64,000 bases of DNA from Eledone cirrhosa. Its lineage: Eukaryota. Within the stretch, counting starts at the first letter, position 1. Every line of letters starts with the position of its first letter. The stretch spans positions 44,950,001-45,014,000 of the forward strand of contig OZ024748.1 in NCBI GenBank assembly GCA_964016885.1. Direction: 5' to 3'. The notes under the pieces were generated by a model. That model had not been told where the DNA came from. It did not search any database and worked only from the letters and a program-made list of their open reading frames with translations. Shown here in pieces: positions 39,282 to 52,554 of the stretch. Position numbers and translations under genes: made by a program.

Positions 39282-39655
39282 AAATATAAACCAAAAACAA
39301 ACAAAAAAAAATCTTCGAGATGCTATAAACATAAGATGTAGATAAATTGTAGCGTATATAGAGATAGATGTGTGTTTTGGTAGTTTGGGGAGAAGAATAT
39401 AATTATTGGGGGGACCCTGGCCCCCACCCCCCGACCTCCCCCACCTCCCTGGATCCCCTGGCTCTCCGGACACCCCTCCCCCTTCCCCCTGACTCCCCTG
39501 GCTCTCCTGACACCCCTCCCCCTTCCACCTGACTCCTCTGGCTCCTCAGTTCCACCGCCCCCATGTAGGATATATTTCAACATAGGAATTGTGGACCAGT
39601 TTACTGCTGTGGTTGTGGTTGTGGTTGTTGTTGTTGTTGTTGTTGTTGTTGTGGT

Positions 39656-39687
<32 letters not shown>

Positions 39688-39947
39688 TTGCTGTTGTTGC
39701 TGCTGTTGCTGTTGCTGTTGTTGCTGTTGTTGTTGTTGTTTCGCCCCAAGTCAATACCGAGGTTGAGCAAACCTTTCATCAAGTCCGCTCATAACAGGTT
39801 ATTTGGTTCATGTCGTGTCGTAAATATATTCATTCTTTTGATTTCCTTTGATTTCTGACCGTTAAATAATTGATTGGTGTTCAATACTGATTGACTTTCA
39901 TTTAATAATGGTGATGTAGGTAGCGGAGTGGTCAACTATGGGTGGGG

Positions 39948-42900
39948 GGTAGTGGTGGTGGTAGTGGTGGTAGTGGTGGTGCTTGTGGTGGTGGTGGTGG
40001 TAGTGGTGGTAGTGGTGGTAGTGGTGGTGTTGGTGCTTGTGGTGGTGGTAGTGGTGGTGGTGGTGGTGGTAGTGGTGGCGGTGGTGGTGCTTGTGGTGGT
40101 GGTGGTGGTAGTGGTGGTAGTGGTGGTAGTGGTGGTGTTGGTGCTTGTGGTGGTGGTAGTGGTGGTGGTGGTGGTAGTGGTGGTAGTGGTGGTGTTGGTG
40201 CTTGTGGTGGTGGTAGTGGTGGTGGTGGTGGTGGTAGTGGTGGCGGTGGTGGTGCTTGTGGTGGTGGTGGTGGTAGTGGTGGTAGTGGTGGTAGTGGTGG
40301 TGTTGGTGCTTGTGGTGGTGGTAGTGGTGGTGGTGGTGGTAGTGGTGGTAGTGGTGGTGTTGGTGCTTGTGGTGGTGGTAGTGGTGGTGGTGGTGGTGGT
40401 AGTGGTGGCGGTGGTGGTGCTTGTGGTGGTGGTGGTGGTAGTGGTGGTAGTGGTGGTAGTGGCGGTGGTGGTGCTTGTGGTGGTGGTGGTGGTAGTGGTG
40501 GTGCTTGTGGTGGTAGTGGTGGTAGTGGTGGTAGTAGTGGTAGTGGTGGTAGTGGTGGTGTTGGTGCTTGTGGTGGTGGTAGTGGTGGTGGTGGTGGTAG
40601 TGGTGGTAGTGGTGGTGTTGGTGCTTGTGGTGGTGGTAGTGGTGGTGGTGGTGGTGGTAGTGGTGGCGGTGGTGGTGCTTGTGGTGGTGGTGGTGGTAGT
40701 GGTGGTAGTGGTGGTAGTGGCGGTGGTGGTGCTTGTGGTGGTGGTGGTGGTAGTGGTGGTGCTTGTGGTGGTGGTGGTGGTAGTGGTGGTAGTGGTGGTA
40801 GTAGTGGTAGTGGTGGTAGTGGTGGTGTTGGTGCTTGTGGTGGTGGTAGTGGTGGTGGTGGTGGTAGTGGTGGTAGTGGTGGTGTTGGTGCTTGTGGTGG
40901 TGGTAGTGGTGGTGGTAGTGGTGGCGGTGGTGGTGCTTGTGGTGGTGGTGGTGGTAGTGGTGGTAGTGGTGGTAGTGGTGGTGTTGGTGCTTGTGGTGGT
41001 GGTAGTGGTGGTGGTGGTGGTAGTGGTGGTAGTGGTGGTGTTGGTGCTTGTGGTGGTGGTAGTGGTGGTGGTGGTGGTAGTGGTGGTAGTGGTGGTGTTG
41101 GTGCTTGTGGTGGTGGTAGTGGTGGTGGTGGTGGTGGTAGTGGTGGCGGTGGTGGTGCTTGTGGTGGTGGTGGTGGTAGTGGTGGTAGTGGTGGTAGTGG
41201 CGGTGGTGGTGCTTGTGGTGGTGGTGGTGGTAGTGGTGGTGCTTGTGGTGGTAGTGGTGGTAGTGGTGGTAGTAGTGGTAGTGGTGGTAGTGGTGGTGTT
41301 GGTGCTTGTGGTGGTGGTAGTGGTGGTGGTGGTGGTAGTGGTGGTAGTGGTGGTGTTGGTGCTTGTGGTGGTGGTAGTGGTGGTGGTGGTGGTGGTAGTG
41401 GTGGCGGTGGTGGTGCTTGTGGTGGTGGTGGTAGTGGTGGTAGTGGTGGTAGTGGCGGTGGTGGTGCTTGTGGTGGTGGTGGTGGTAGTGGTGGTGCTTG
41501 TGGTGGTGGTGGTGGTAGTGGTGGTAGTGGTGGTAGTAGTGGTAGTGGTGGTAGTGGTGGTGTTGGTGCTTGTGGTGGTGGTAGTGGTGGTGGTGGTGGT
41601 AGTGGTGGTAGTAGTGGTGTTGGTGCTTGTGGTGGTGGTAGTGGTGGTGGTGGTGGTAGTGGTGGTGTTGTTGCTTGTGGTGGTGGTAGTGGTGGTGGTG
41701 GTGGTAGTGGTGGTAGTAGTGGTGTTGGTGCTTGTGGTGGTGGTAGTGGTGGTGGTGGTGGTAGTGGTGGTGTTGGTGCTTGTGGTGGTGGTAGTGGTGG
41801 TGGTGGTGGTAGTGGTGGTAGTGGTGGTGTTGGTGCTTGTGGTGGTGGTAGTGGTGGTGGTAGTGGTAGTGGTGGTGGTAGTGGTGGCGGTGGTGTTGTT
41901 TGTGGTGGTGGCGGTGGTGGTGCTTGTGGTGGTAGTGGTGGTAGTGGTGGTAGTGGTGGTGTTGGTGCTTGTGGTGGTGGTAGTGGTGGTGGTGGTGGTA
42001 GTGGTGGCGGTGGTGGTGCTTGTGGTGGTGGTGGTAGTGGTGGTAGTGGTGGTAGTGGTGGTGTTGGTGCTTGTGGTGGTGGTAGTGGTGATAGTGGTGG
42101 TAGTGGTGGTGTTGGTGCTTGTGGTGGTGGTAGTGGTGGTGGTGGTGGTAGTGGTGGTAGTGGTGGTGTTGGTGCTTGTGGTGGTGGTAGTGGTGGTGGT
42201 GGTGGTAGTGGTGGTAGTGGTGGTGTTGGTGCTTGTGGTGGTGGTAGTGGTGGTGGTGGTGGTAGTGGTGGTAGTGGTGGTGTTGGTGCTTGTGGTGGTG
42301 GTAGTGGTGGTGGTAGTGGTAGTGGTGGTGGTAGTGGTGGCGGTGGTGTTGCTTGTGGTGGTGGCGGTGGTGGTGCTTGTGGTGGTAGTGGTGGTAGTGG
42401 TGGTAGTGGTGGTAGTGGTGGTGTTGGTGCTTGTGGTGGTGGTAGTGGTGGTGGTGGTGGTAGTGGTGGCGGTGGTGGTGCTTGTGGTGGTGGTGGTGGT
42501 AGTTGTGGTAGTGGTGGTGTTGGTGCTTGTGGTGGTGGTAGTGGTGGTAGTGGTGGTGTTGGTGCTTGTGGTGGTGGTAGTGGTGGTGGTAGTGGTGGCG
42601 GTGGTGGTGCTTGTGGTGGTGGTAGTGGTGGTAGTGGTGGTAGTGGTGGTGTTGGTGCTTGTGGTGGTGGTAATGGTGGTGACGGTGGTAGTGGTGGCGG
42701 TGGTGGTGCTTGTCGTGGTGGTGGTGGTAGTGGTGGTGGTGCTTGTGGTGGTAGTGGTGGTGGTAGTGGTGGCGGTGGTGTTGCTTGTGGTGGTGGTGTT
42801 TGTGGTGGTGGTGGTTGTGGTAGTGCTTGTTGTCGTAGTAGTGGTGGTGGAGGTGTTAGTGGTAGTGCTTGTGGTCGTAGTGGTGGTGGTGTTGGTCGTA

Positions 42901-43238
42901 GTGGTGGTGTTGGTAGTGGTGGTGGTGGTGGTGCTGGTGCTGGTGGTAGTAGTGGTGGTGGTGGTGCTTGTGGGGATGGTGGTAGTGGTGCTTGTGGTGG
43001 TGGTAGTAGTGGTGGCGGTGGTGCTTGTTGTTGTTGTGGTGGTGGTGGTAGTGGTGCTTGTGGTGGTGGTAGTAGTGGTGCTTGTGGTGGTGGTATTAGT
43101 GGTGGTGGTGGTGGTGCTTGTGGTGGTAGTGGTAGTGGTGGTAGTGTTGCTTGTGGTGGTGGTAGTAGTGGTGGTGGTGCTTGTGGTGCTGGTAGTGGTG
43201 GTGGTGGTGCTTGTGGTGGTGGTAGTGGTGGTGGTGGG
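39948..43238. repeat. (GGT)n-based compound minisatellite with GTTGGTGCTTGT punctuation
   Basis: Direct inspection. Open in several frames (poly-V, G/S-rich, poly-T). Confidence 0.95.
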
Positions 43239-43491
43239 TAAATCTAGCTCTCCCATAACAGGTCTGCACTCAAAAACTAGGTTTGTCATCTTTCCAAACT
43301 GTAAATTGATATTATTCTATTTGTGAGAATTTATTGGGTTAGCCTAGGGCTTTAAATAGCCAAGTGCTGGTTCTGGGTTTAGGGTTTAGTTCGGCCGCAC
43401 TACCAGACGAAAGACCATCTATGTGGTCACTTGGTATAAGAGAAATAACAGCCGAATATCCCTCAATGCATATAATTCTGTCTTTATAAAA

Positions 43492-43676
43492 TACGAGGGT
43501 CACGTGAAAAGTTCATAGGCTGACCAAGATACTCTCATGTAATGACCAAATGTGGTTTATTTTTCAACATAGTCTCTGGAGAGAAACAATGCAGTTGTAA
43601 ATAAGAAGAGTTGAAATTAATGTTTGCAAGATTTCACAGCTCTAGCATCACTCCTTCGTAGTCAGCCAACACTTTT
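43492..43676. mobile_element. Mariner-like non-autonomous remnant
   Basis: TACGAGGGTCACGTGAAAAGTTCATAGGCTGAC resembles a mariner TIR. Partial inverted match GTCAGCC..ACTTTT at 43661-43676. Confidence 0.55.
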
Positions 43677-43679
43677 GGG

Positions 43680-43855
43680 GAAGGGGGAAAGTCGTTTAAA
43701 TCGACCCCAGTGCATTACTGGTACTTCATTTTATCGACCCCGTAATGATGAAAGGCAAAGCTAACCACGGCGGGAAAGTAAAGGGCATCAGAGAGTAAAG
43801 GGCCGTAACTCTATACCACCAAGCATATTGTCTGACGCTCTACCGATTACTGCTG
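43680..43855 (-). mobile_element. tRNA-derived SINE (family B)
   Basis: Reverse complement of ATCGGTAGAG...TTTGCCTTTCATC...GGGGTCGATAAAAT.AAGTACCAG...CACTGGGGTCGA. Confidence 0.8.
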
Positions 43856-43997
43856 AAGGCAATAATAAATGTATGAAAAGTCTGAATATCGGTTGAAATA
43901 TTAAACACTATAACATGCGTGTGTGCAGAGAACTGCAATAGTATTCAAAGGGAAATAACTCTTTAACCTTCGCAGAAAATTACCTCCCCGGAATATA

Positions 43998-44170
43998 GTA
44001 TCGGTAGAGGGTCCGACGCCATGATTTGACGCATAGTTACGGCCCTTGCAATTCTGAGTTCAAATCCCGCCGAGGTTAACTTTGCCCTTCATCCTTACGG
44101 GGTCGATAAAATAAAGTACCAGTAATGTACTGGTGATTTGCTGGCCTTGTGCCAAAAGTAGAAACAATTA
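43998..44170 (+). mobile_element. tRNA-derived SINE (family B)
   Basis: GAGTTCAAATCCCGCCGAGGTTAACTTTGCCCTTCATCCTTACGGGGTCGATAAAATAAAGTACCAG...GGCCTTGTGCCAAAAGTAGAAAC. Confidence 0.85.
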
Positions 44171-44318
44171 TTTTATATTTATTTATTTCCTATGACTGAT
44201 CATTGTTGAGTGACGTTTGTAGTTACACACATACACACACACGCACACACACACATACTCATACATACGCATACATACAGAGAGAGAGAGACACACACAC
44301 ACACACACATATATACAT

Positions 44319-44524
44319 ACATGGTGGCTGCCAACTCGTTTTCGAGTACGGCCACTACTTTATATCCCTGTAGGAGAACCCCTACCGATGCGCTGAACGA
44401 GTGTGACTTTTTAGTCCAGCCAGCGACTTGAAAACTCTGGTACAAACACTACACTTGTGACAATTATTGACACCTAGTGCTGGGCCCATGGTACCATGTG
44501 ACGACAAGTGCAGAGAGATCTCCA
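44319..44524 (-). mobile_element. 3' end of RTE-like LINE with terminal C2H2-type motif (second copy)
   Basis: Near identical to 10751-10955 and truncated at essentially the same 5' point (GAGAGATCTCCA on the plus strand). Confidence 0.7.
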
Positions 44525-44689
44525 GATATAAAGCAATGCCTGTGCCGTGAAGCTTTTATAGTGAGCAAAGATATTTTATCTGGTGATTCTATGGACATGT
44601 TTTATGATATATAGCTCTGATTATTTAATTTATTAACTTTTCATTGAGCCACAAAGTGACCCGTTGCAAAACACGTATATGTATGTATG

Positions 44690-44726
<37 letters not shown>

Positions 44727-44738
44727 CTTTATATATAT

Positions 44739-44769
<31 letters not shown>

Positions 44770-44904
44770 CATACCCGCAGAGGCTAAAGAACGCAAGACT
44801 TGTTGAAGAAGTAAATCCTTTGTTCTGTCGTCAAAAACCATTAACTTGCAGACCCCTGCAAGCGGAATTTGTCGATCTTGGATTTGCAGAAACCTAGCGC
44901 TGAT

Positions 44905-45080
44905 GTTGTGTGCTGTGTGTGATGTATATCGTGTGCTATATGTGATGTATATTGTGTGCTGTATGTGATGTATATCGTGTGTTGTATGTGATGTATATCG
45001 TGTGCTATATGTGATGTATATTGTGTGCTGTATGTGATGTATATCGTGTGTTGTATGTGATGTATATCGTGTGCTATACG
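44905..45080. repeat. 23-bp tandem repeat, about 7 copies
   Basis: Unit GATGTATATCGTGTGCTATATGT. Confidence 0.9.
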
Positions 45081-45523
45081 ATATGCATTATATATTTTGC
45101 ATTCAGTCTCACCGCTTTGTTCAGGTCAGTCTAAAATCTTTTCCTGAGTCCTGTATTTTCGTTGCTCTAGTGATGCGGCTGGACTGCCGACCGTTATATT
45201 TGATTTGCTAAGCTGTCTAAACGTATTGATATTACTCTGGGGTACTTTTCCCCATCCGAGTGCTAAAGCTACAAACCGAATTTGCATTCGTTAGCTTGGC
45301 TGCGAACTAAAGCTTCGTTAATGCTGTACTAAAATTTGTATATACATATATATATATATATTTTCATATGCTTACCTGTGTTTTCTCTTTTATACTTTAT
45401 ACTCCAAGATTGAACGGAATTCTTACAAACTTGTGGAGTTACCCCTAACCGTACGTTGAAACCATCCATGAAACTGGGTTTCTTAACCACGAACTGGATC
45501 ACAATAAGCAATTTTCTGCTTCC

Positions 45524-45562
<39 letters not shown>

Positions 45563-45595
45563 TATATACATGTATATAAATTTATACATATATAC

Positions 45596-45674
<79 letters not shown>

Positions 45675-45675
45675 T

Positions 45676-45869
45676 ATAACGAAGGAAATGTGGTAAGGAA
45701 CCAGGTGAACCATAACGCACCAAAGTACTCAATACTTGGGGTAGTAGAGTGGGTAATAGGAACCAGTAAGACCCCGACGGCTGAGCACAAGCCGTTTCGA
45801 CGGCTAATTCTGGACTCAGAATTAGCCGTCGAAACGGCTTGAGCTCAGCCGTCGGGGTCTTACTGGTTC

Positions 45870-45871
<2 letters not shown>
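45676..45871 (-). mobile_element. Half-hammerhead fold-back pLTR (family H)
   Basis: Palindrome 45758-45871 centred on GACGGCTAATTCTG-GACT-CAGAATTAGCCGTC, then GAAA CGGCT-TGAGCTC-AGCCG TC GGGGTC. (TA)n flanks. Confidence 0.8.
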
Positions 45872-45948
<77 letters not shown>

Positions 45949-45977
45949 CATATATATATATACATATATATATATAC

Positions 45978-46062
<85 letters not shown>

Positions 46063-46297
46063 AATATATATATATATATGTATATACATATATATATACA
46101 CACACACTTAAACAAGAATATATGTTCGTGGAAAGGTTGACTCAAAAAGCACTTCATCTTCAGTAGATTATCCAACTCATACAGAAATATTACAATATGG
46201 AAATATTGTAATATTACAATATATATAGAGAGGGGAGAGTTTTGTGCTAATAGATATAGAGAGGGTGTGTTAAAGAGAGCGCCGTCTAATAGATATA

Positions 46298-47618
46298 AAT
46301 TTCTATTTATTTGCCACCAGGGCATCAAAGAAAGGGACAAATACAGGGAGGGGGGGGGGGGAGTTTACATACATTTAAAATGACGTGTAAAAAACATATA
46401 ACAAATTAAATTTAACAATCGATGTCCTCAATAGGGAGGGGTCGTTGACGTGGGTCGCACCCCCCCCCCCCCGAAAAAATGTGCAACCCTCCTCTTCAGG
46501 AGCACAAAGAGCGGGTGCTCCCTTCCTCTCCCCCTTCTTCTCCTCTCTCACCTACAGGCTGATATAGAGAGAAAGCCCATTCACTCGGGCCATTCTCGCC
46601 ACTTTCACCCACCTTTCATAAAACTTGCTGGGGTAGAGCACCTCTCTCTCCATTCTGATCAATGAATCCACATAGTATCCACCAAATATTTACACTTGGT
46701 GTGATACTCATAATATTTTATTTTTTGTCTCCTTTTCCCCCTGTATGTGGGGAAAAAGGTGAAACGGGGGGAGACAATGGGGGATACAGAGTATTCTTGT
46801 GCTGTTGGCTGGTTATTCATTAGCACCGAAATGCTACCAAACAGTTTTCCTTTTTTGGATGAAGGTTATGTCCTTCATTGCATCTTTTAGAACCAGCACA
46901 GCTTCATTTTGTGATAATTGAGCTGGTTTTATGGTTTCGTTAGATATTGTCCTGAAAACCACAGTTTTCAGGAGAACCTCTCTACGAAATACCTGTGGAG
47001 AATTGATGCTAAAAGCACCGTTTTCGCCAAAAGTCACGAACTGTTTTGCGTCTTGTAGTAGTTGTTTTGCATTAGTTATGTCAATTGGCGTGTATAGTTC
47101 GTTTTTTTTACAGTTTATGCGAACGTTGTTTTGGTGTTGTCTTTTTTGTTGCTGTTGTTGTTGTCACTGTTGTTGATATTGTTCATGTTTTCCTTGGTGT
47201 TGTTATTGTTGCAGTTGTTGATTGTGGTGTTATTGACATTGTTCTTGTTGTTGGTGCTGGTATTATTTACCGGGTTTGGTTCCGTGGTTTCAATATTTTC
47301 AACGTTTTTCGATAAGGCGAGGGGGAAAGGCTGCAAGCTTTGTACTCCTACCTTCCCTCCACCACTTTTCTTAGTGGACGTGGCACTCACTACAGTGTGC
47401 GAGGTTGAAATGGCATCCATTATTGACTACCAAGTCTACACAGTTTTGGGATGAAAATTTCGCCCCAAATAGGGGCGAAAATTAGTTAACTCAACGTCTG
47501 AAGGCCTAGACAAGGGGTTAAACTAAACAATACTAACAAATTGAACAATGAACTCACAGTTTTTTTACCAATAATCTGTAAAAATCCGGAGCGAAGTAAT
47601 GCACGTCTATCGGATGGG
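46298..47618 (-). mobile_element. Internally deleted Tx1/L1-clade LINE (5' UTR and ORF1 start fused to ORF2 C-terminus and 3' UTR)
   Basis: 46658-47618 mirrors about 54185-55126. Below 46660 the minus strand reads IRMEREVLYPSKFYERWVKVARMARVNGLSLYISL-stop, then a UTR with AATAAA. TSD-like 24-mers at 46274-46297 and 47619-47642 (3 mismatches). Confidence 0.7.
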
Positions 47619-49275
47619 AGAGAGTGCCGTGTAGTAGATATAGAGAGGGGGAGAGTTTTGTGTTAATTGATATAGAGAGGAGTATTGGAAGTGTGTTTTG
47701 GTAGTTTCTCTCCAAACTACCAAAACACATCTATTTGGTTATGCCATACAGTTTCTCTACATGTTATGTTTATCGCATATCGAACTTTTCTGATCAGAGT
47801 GCAAAAAGTGTTAAACTAATCACTACATTTAGATTGATCTCATTTGCCCCCACCCCACCCACCCCTAAATTCAGAGATGTTTCCACCTCCCCTGGACATA
47901 GAGTATATCATTCCATTATCTTTTATATAAAATAAAGTACCAGTCACGCACTGGGGTCGATTCAGTCGACTTTCCCCTCCTCCCCCGAGTTACTGGTCTT
48001 GTGTCTATATAAGAAACCATTATCTTTTACATAACAGGGCGGTGGATTGGCAGTATCGGTAGAGGGTCGGACGCTTTGGTTTGACACATGGAGTTACAGC
48101 CCTTGCCATTCTGAGTTCAAATCTTGCCAAGGTTAACTTTGCCTTTCATCCTTACGGGGTTGATAAAATAAAGTACCAGTAATGCACTGGGTAATTGCTG
48201 GCCTTGTGCCAACAGTAGAAACAATTATCTTTTACATAACCTCGACTATATGTTATTCATGTCTCTATATCTACCATATATCGGAATATCTGTTTGGTAA
48301 TTACAGTAACAGCCTAAAATTATGTATTAACACAACACTTCGTCTACTTCTCGTTCACTTCTCTAAACTGTTTCTGGATGGGTAAGTATCTAGGCCCAAG
48401 CTAAAATCCATTGAAATTTATTTTTGCATGACTGAGTCAGCATATTGCACTATTTTTCGTTATAGAAACAAGGCCGATATGCATTTATGTCACTATTGTT
48501 CCACTATCACTGAATGGGTAGTTAAGTTTTTGATAACCTACGATATAGTCAGCCTGTCTACCATTCACAAATATATGTAGATTATAAACGCGTCTCTCTC
48601 ACCATCCTCCCGAGAAACGCCTTCTCTATTCTGTCCGCCGGGGCTGTGGGGAGGCCAACAATATGAGTGACTGACTTGTCATTTTATCAGTCAGATGTTT
48701 TTAGACTTCACATAGTCCATTTGCTATGGTTTACAATAGTTATTTATGTTTAGCTCTTTAGTATTTACATTAATCTATAGTTACTATTCCCTGTAATTCA
48801 TGTTCCTAAGCCATGTTCCTAAGCCATGTTCCTAAGCCATGTTCCTAAGCCATGTTCCTAAGCCATAGTTCCTTGGTACTATATAATTACATTTTTATAT
48901 GGACGTCCAGTCTTATTTATGTCCTGGCCATTGAACCTTTTAAAACAACATGTGGGGTAGAGATTTAAACAAACTCTCTACTCTCGACAGATATAAAGGT
49001 ATTTTGTACAGTGTGGGGTATATATAAAGGGAATTCCTCTGATAATTAGTTCCCTCCCGTTGTTTTACCAAAATCGATAGTTGGTAATCGATAGTCAATT
49101 ACTTACATCAATTGTTCGCTTCGGTTTTTTTGGACGATGAAACAGCGCTGAAGGAAGATATAACTTTTTCACCCTAAAGTACATACAATATGCTTTATAT
49201 GTGTTTAAAAAATACTGTGTGTTTCCCAAACATATGTGAGAAAACATATCGTCTCCGTTACCCCTTTCTCAAAAC
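46658..49275. repeat. Left arm of a ~2.6-kb inverted duplication
   Basis: Reverse complement of 52555-55126. Mirrored ORFs in the track: 47735/53869, 48182/53419, 47115/54385. Confidence 0.95.
48037..48228 (+). mobile_element. tRNA-derived SINE (family B), near full length; mirror copy 53578-53768 on minus strand
   Basis: GGGCGGTGGATTGGCAGTATCGGTAGAG (A-box region)...GAGTTCAAATC (B box)...GATAAAATAAAGTACCAG...AGTAGAAAC. Confidence 0.85.
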
Positions 49276-50925
49276 AACAACAACACTAGCTGTTGTGTAA
49301 CACAAACAGCAACAACAACACTAGCTGTTGTGTAATAGAAACAACAACAACAACAACAACAACAACACTAGCTGTTGTGTAACACAAACAGCAACAACAA
49401 CAAAAACAACAGCAACAACAACACTAGGTGTTGTGTAACACAAACAACAGCAACAACAACACTAGATGTTGTGTAACACAAACAACATCAACAACAACAA
49501 CACTAGCTGTTGTGTAACACAAACAACAACAACAACACTAGCTGTTGTGTAACACAAACAACAACAACAACAACACTAGCTGTTGTGTAACACACACAAC
49601 AACAACAACAACAATACGAGCTGTTGTGTAACACAGACAACAACAACAACAACACTAACTGTTGTGTAACACAAACAGCAGCAACAACAACAACAACAAC
49701 AACACTAGCTATTGTGTAACACAAACAACAGCAACAACAACACTAGGTGTTGTGTAACACAAACAACAGCAACAACAACACTAGATGTTGTGTAACACAA
49801 ACAACAACAACAACAACACTAGCTGTTGTGTAACACACACAACAACAACAACAACACTAGCTGTTGTGTAACACAAACAACAACAACAACACGAGCTGTT
49901 GTGTAACAACAACAACAACAACACTAACTGTTGTGTAATACAAACAGCAGCAACAACAACAACAACAACAACAACACTAGCTGTTGTGTAACACAAATAA
50001 CAACAACAACAACAACACGAGCTGTTGTGTAACACAGACAACAACAACAACAATACTAACTGTTGTGTAACACAAACAGCAGCAACAACAACAACAACAA
50101 CAACACTAGCTGTTGTGTAACACAGACAACAACAACAACAACAACACGAGCTGTTGTGTAACACAGACAACAACAACAACAACACTAACTGTTGTGTAAC
50201 ACAAACAGCAGCAGCAACAACAACAACAACAACAACAACACTAGCTGTTGTGTAACACAAACAACAACAACAACAACACTAGCTGTTGTGTAACACAGAC
50301 AACAACAACAACACTAGCTGTTGTGTAACACAAACAACAGCAGCAACAACACTAGCTGTTGTGTAACACACACAACAACAACAACACTAGCTGTTGTGTA
50401 ACACAAACAACAACAACAACACTAGCTGTTGTGTAACACACACAACAACAACAACAACACTAGCTGTTGTGTAACACACACAACAACAACAACAACACTA
50501 GCTGTTGTGTAACACAAACAACAGCAACAACAACACTAGCTGTTGTGTAACACAAACAACAGCAACCACAACACTAGATGTTGTGTAACACAAACAACAA
50601 CAACAACAACACTAGCTGTTGTGTAACACAAACAACAACAACAACAACAACACTAGCTGTTGTGTAACACAAACAACAACAACAACAACACTAGCTGTTG
50701 TGTAACACAAACAACAACAACAACAACAACACTAGATGTTGTGTAACACAAACAACAACAACAACAACACTAGATGTTGTGTAACACAAACAACAACAAC
50801 AACAACAACACTAGCTGTTGTGTAACACAAACAACAGCAACAACAACACTAGCTGTTGTGTAACACAAACAACAACAACAACAACAACACTAGCTGTTGT
50901 GTAACACAAACAACAACAACAACAG
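49276..50925. repeat. Minisatellite (CAA)n-CTAGCTGTTGTGTAACACAAA, variable length
   Basis: Direct inspection; about 40 copies. Confidence 0.95.
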
Positions 50926-51018
50926 TTGCTAAATAATACAAGAATAACAATTATAATAACAACAAAAAGACAACAACAACAAATCTACCAGACAATATCT
51001 CTTTAATAGACATTTTGT

Positions 51019-51059
<41 letters not shown>

Positions 51060-51732
51060 GCTGTTGTTGTTGCTGTTGTTGTTGTTGGTGGTGGTGGTGG
51101 TGGTGGTGGTGAGAGTAGTACTGGTGGTGGTCGCGGTGGTGGTGGTGATGGTGGTTATTGTTGTATTGATTGTGACGGTGGTGGTGGTGGTGGTGGTGTC
51201 GGCTGTTGTTACGGTGGTGGTGTCGATACTGATTGTGGTGGTGTTAGTGGTGGCGGTGATGGTTGTGCTGGAGAAAAACATCATCATCATCAACAACAAC
51301 ACCACCACCACCCCCACCACCACCATCATCACCATTAGCAATACCACAATCACCATCATCCCCCAAACCACCACCACCAACAACAACAACAACAACAACA
51401 TGAAGAACGCTGATTAAATTTGAAAATAAAAGGAGAAAAATAATTAAATTTCAAGACTTTTCTATTGAAAATCGAACCAGTTACCCCTGGATATAAATAT
51501 AGAAAAAAAATCAATAATATAAATCCACATTTTATCAATGTTTTGATTTCTTGAAACAAAAGATATTCCAGGATATTTTTGTTGTTTTTATCCCAAAATA
51601 TTTTGTGGTAAATAGAAAATTGTAAAAGTCTTTTGTTAAGTTTTAGCAAAAATTAACAAAAATTTCCTTCTGTTTGGCTTTTTGTTTAATTTTCTTTTTC
51701 AACACAACATCGTTTGTCTGATATGGTTTCAA

Positions 51733-52554
51733 TGTAGGTTTGGTGTGGGTTTGGTGTAGGTTTGGTGTAGATTTAGTGTAGTGTAGGTTTGATGTGAGTT
51801 TGGTGTAGGAATAGTGTAGGTTTGGTGTGGTATGGTGTGTGTAGTGTGGTCTAAATTTGGAGTGGTGTGGTGTATGTTTGATGTGGGTTTGGAGTGGAAT
51901 TAATGTAGGTTTGGTGTAGGTTTGGTGTGGTATGGTGTAGTGTGGTCTAAATTTGGAGTGGTGTGGTGTATGTTTGATGTGGGTTTGGAGTGGAATTAAT
52001 GTAGGTTTGGTGTAGGTATAGTGTAGGTTTGGTGTGGTATGGTGTAGTGTGGTCTAAATTTGGAGTGGTGTGGTGTATGTTTGATGTGGATTTGAAGTGG
52101 AATTAATGAAGGTTTGGTGTAGAATAGTGTAGATTTGGTGTGGTATGGTGTAGTGTGGTCTAAATTTGGAGTGGTGTGGTGTAGGTTTGATGTGGGTTGG
52201 AGTAGAATTAATGTAGGTTTGGTGTAGGAATAGTGTAGATTTGGTGTGGTATGGTGTAGTGTGGTCTAAATTTGGAGTGGTGTAGGAATAGTGTAGATTT
52301 GGTGTGGAATTAATGTAGGTTTGGTGTAGGAATAGTGTCGATTTGGTGTGGGTTTGGTGTTGATTTGGCGTGGGTTTGATGTGAGTTTCGTGTGGGTGAT
52401 GTGGGTTTGATATAAGTTTTTTGTGGGTCTATTGTGGGTTTAGTGTAGGTTTGGTGTAGGTTTGGTTTAAGTTAGCTGTGGGGTTTAGGTTTGGTTTAGA
52501 TTTGGTGTGGATTTGGTTTAGGTTTGGTGTGGGTTTAGAGTGGGTTTAGTGTGG
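51733..52554. repeat. Degenerate 11-bp GTGTAGGTTTG repeat with ~100-bp higher-order units
   Basis: GTAGTGTGGTCTAAATTTGGAGTGGTG recurs five times. Confidence 0.85.

Noticed and set aside
39942-43241. 1099-aa Gly/Ser/Cys loricrin-like ORF
   Set aside because: GGT microsatellite derivative with near single-codon usage, open in several frames, no in-frame ATG (ATG 39938 is off by one) and no signal peptide.
43374-43390. GGGTTTAGGGTTTAG telomere-like motif
   Set aside because: Only two units, inside a decayed SINE-like segment.
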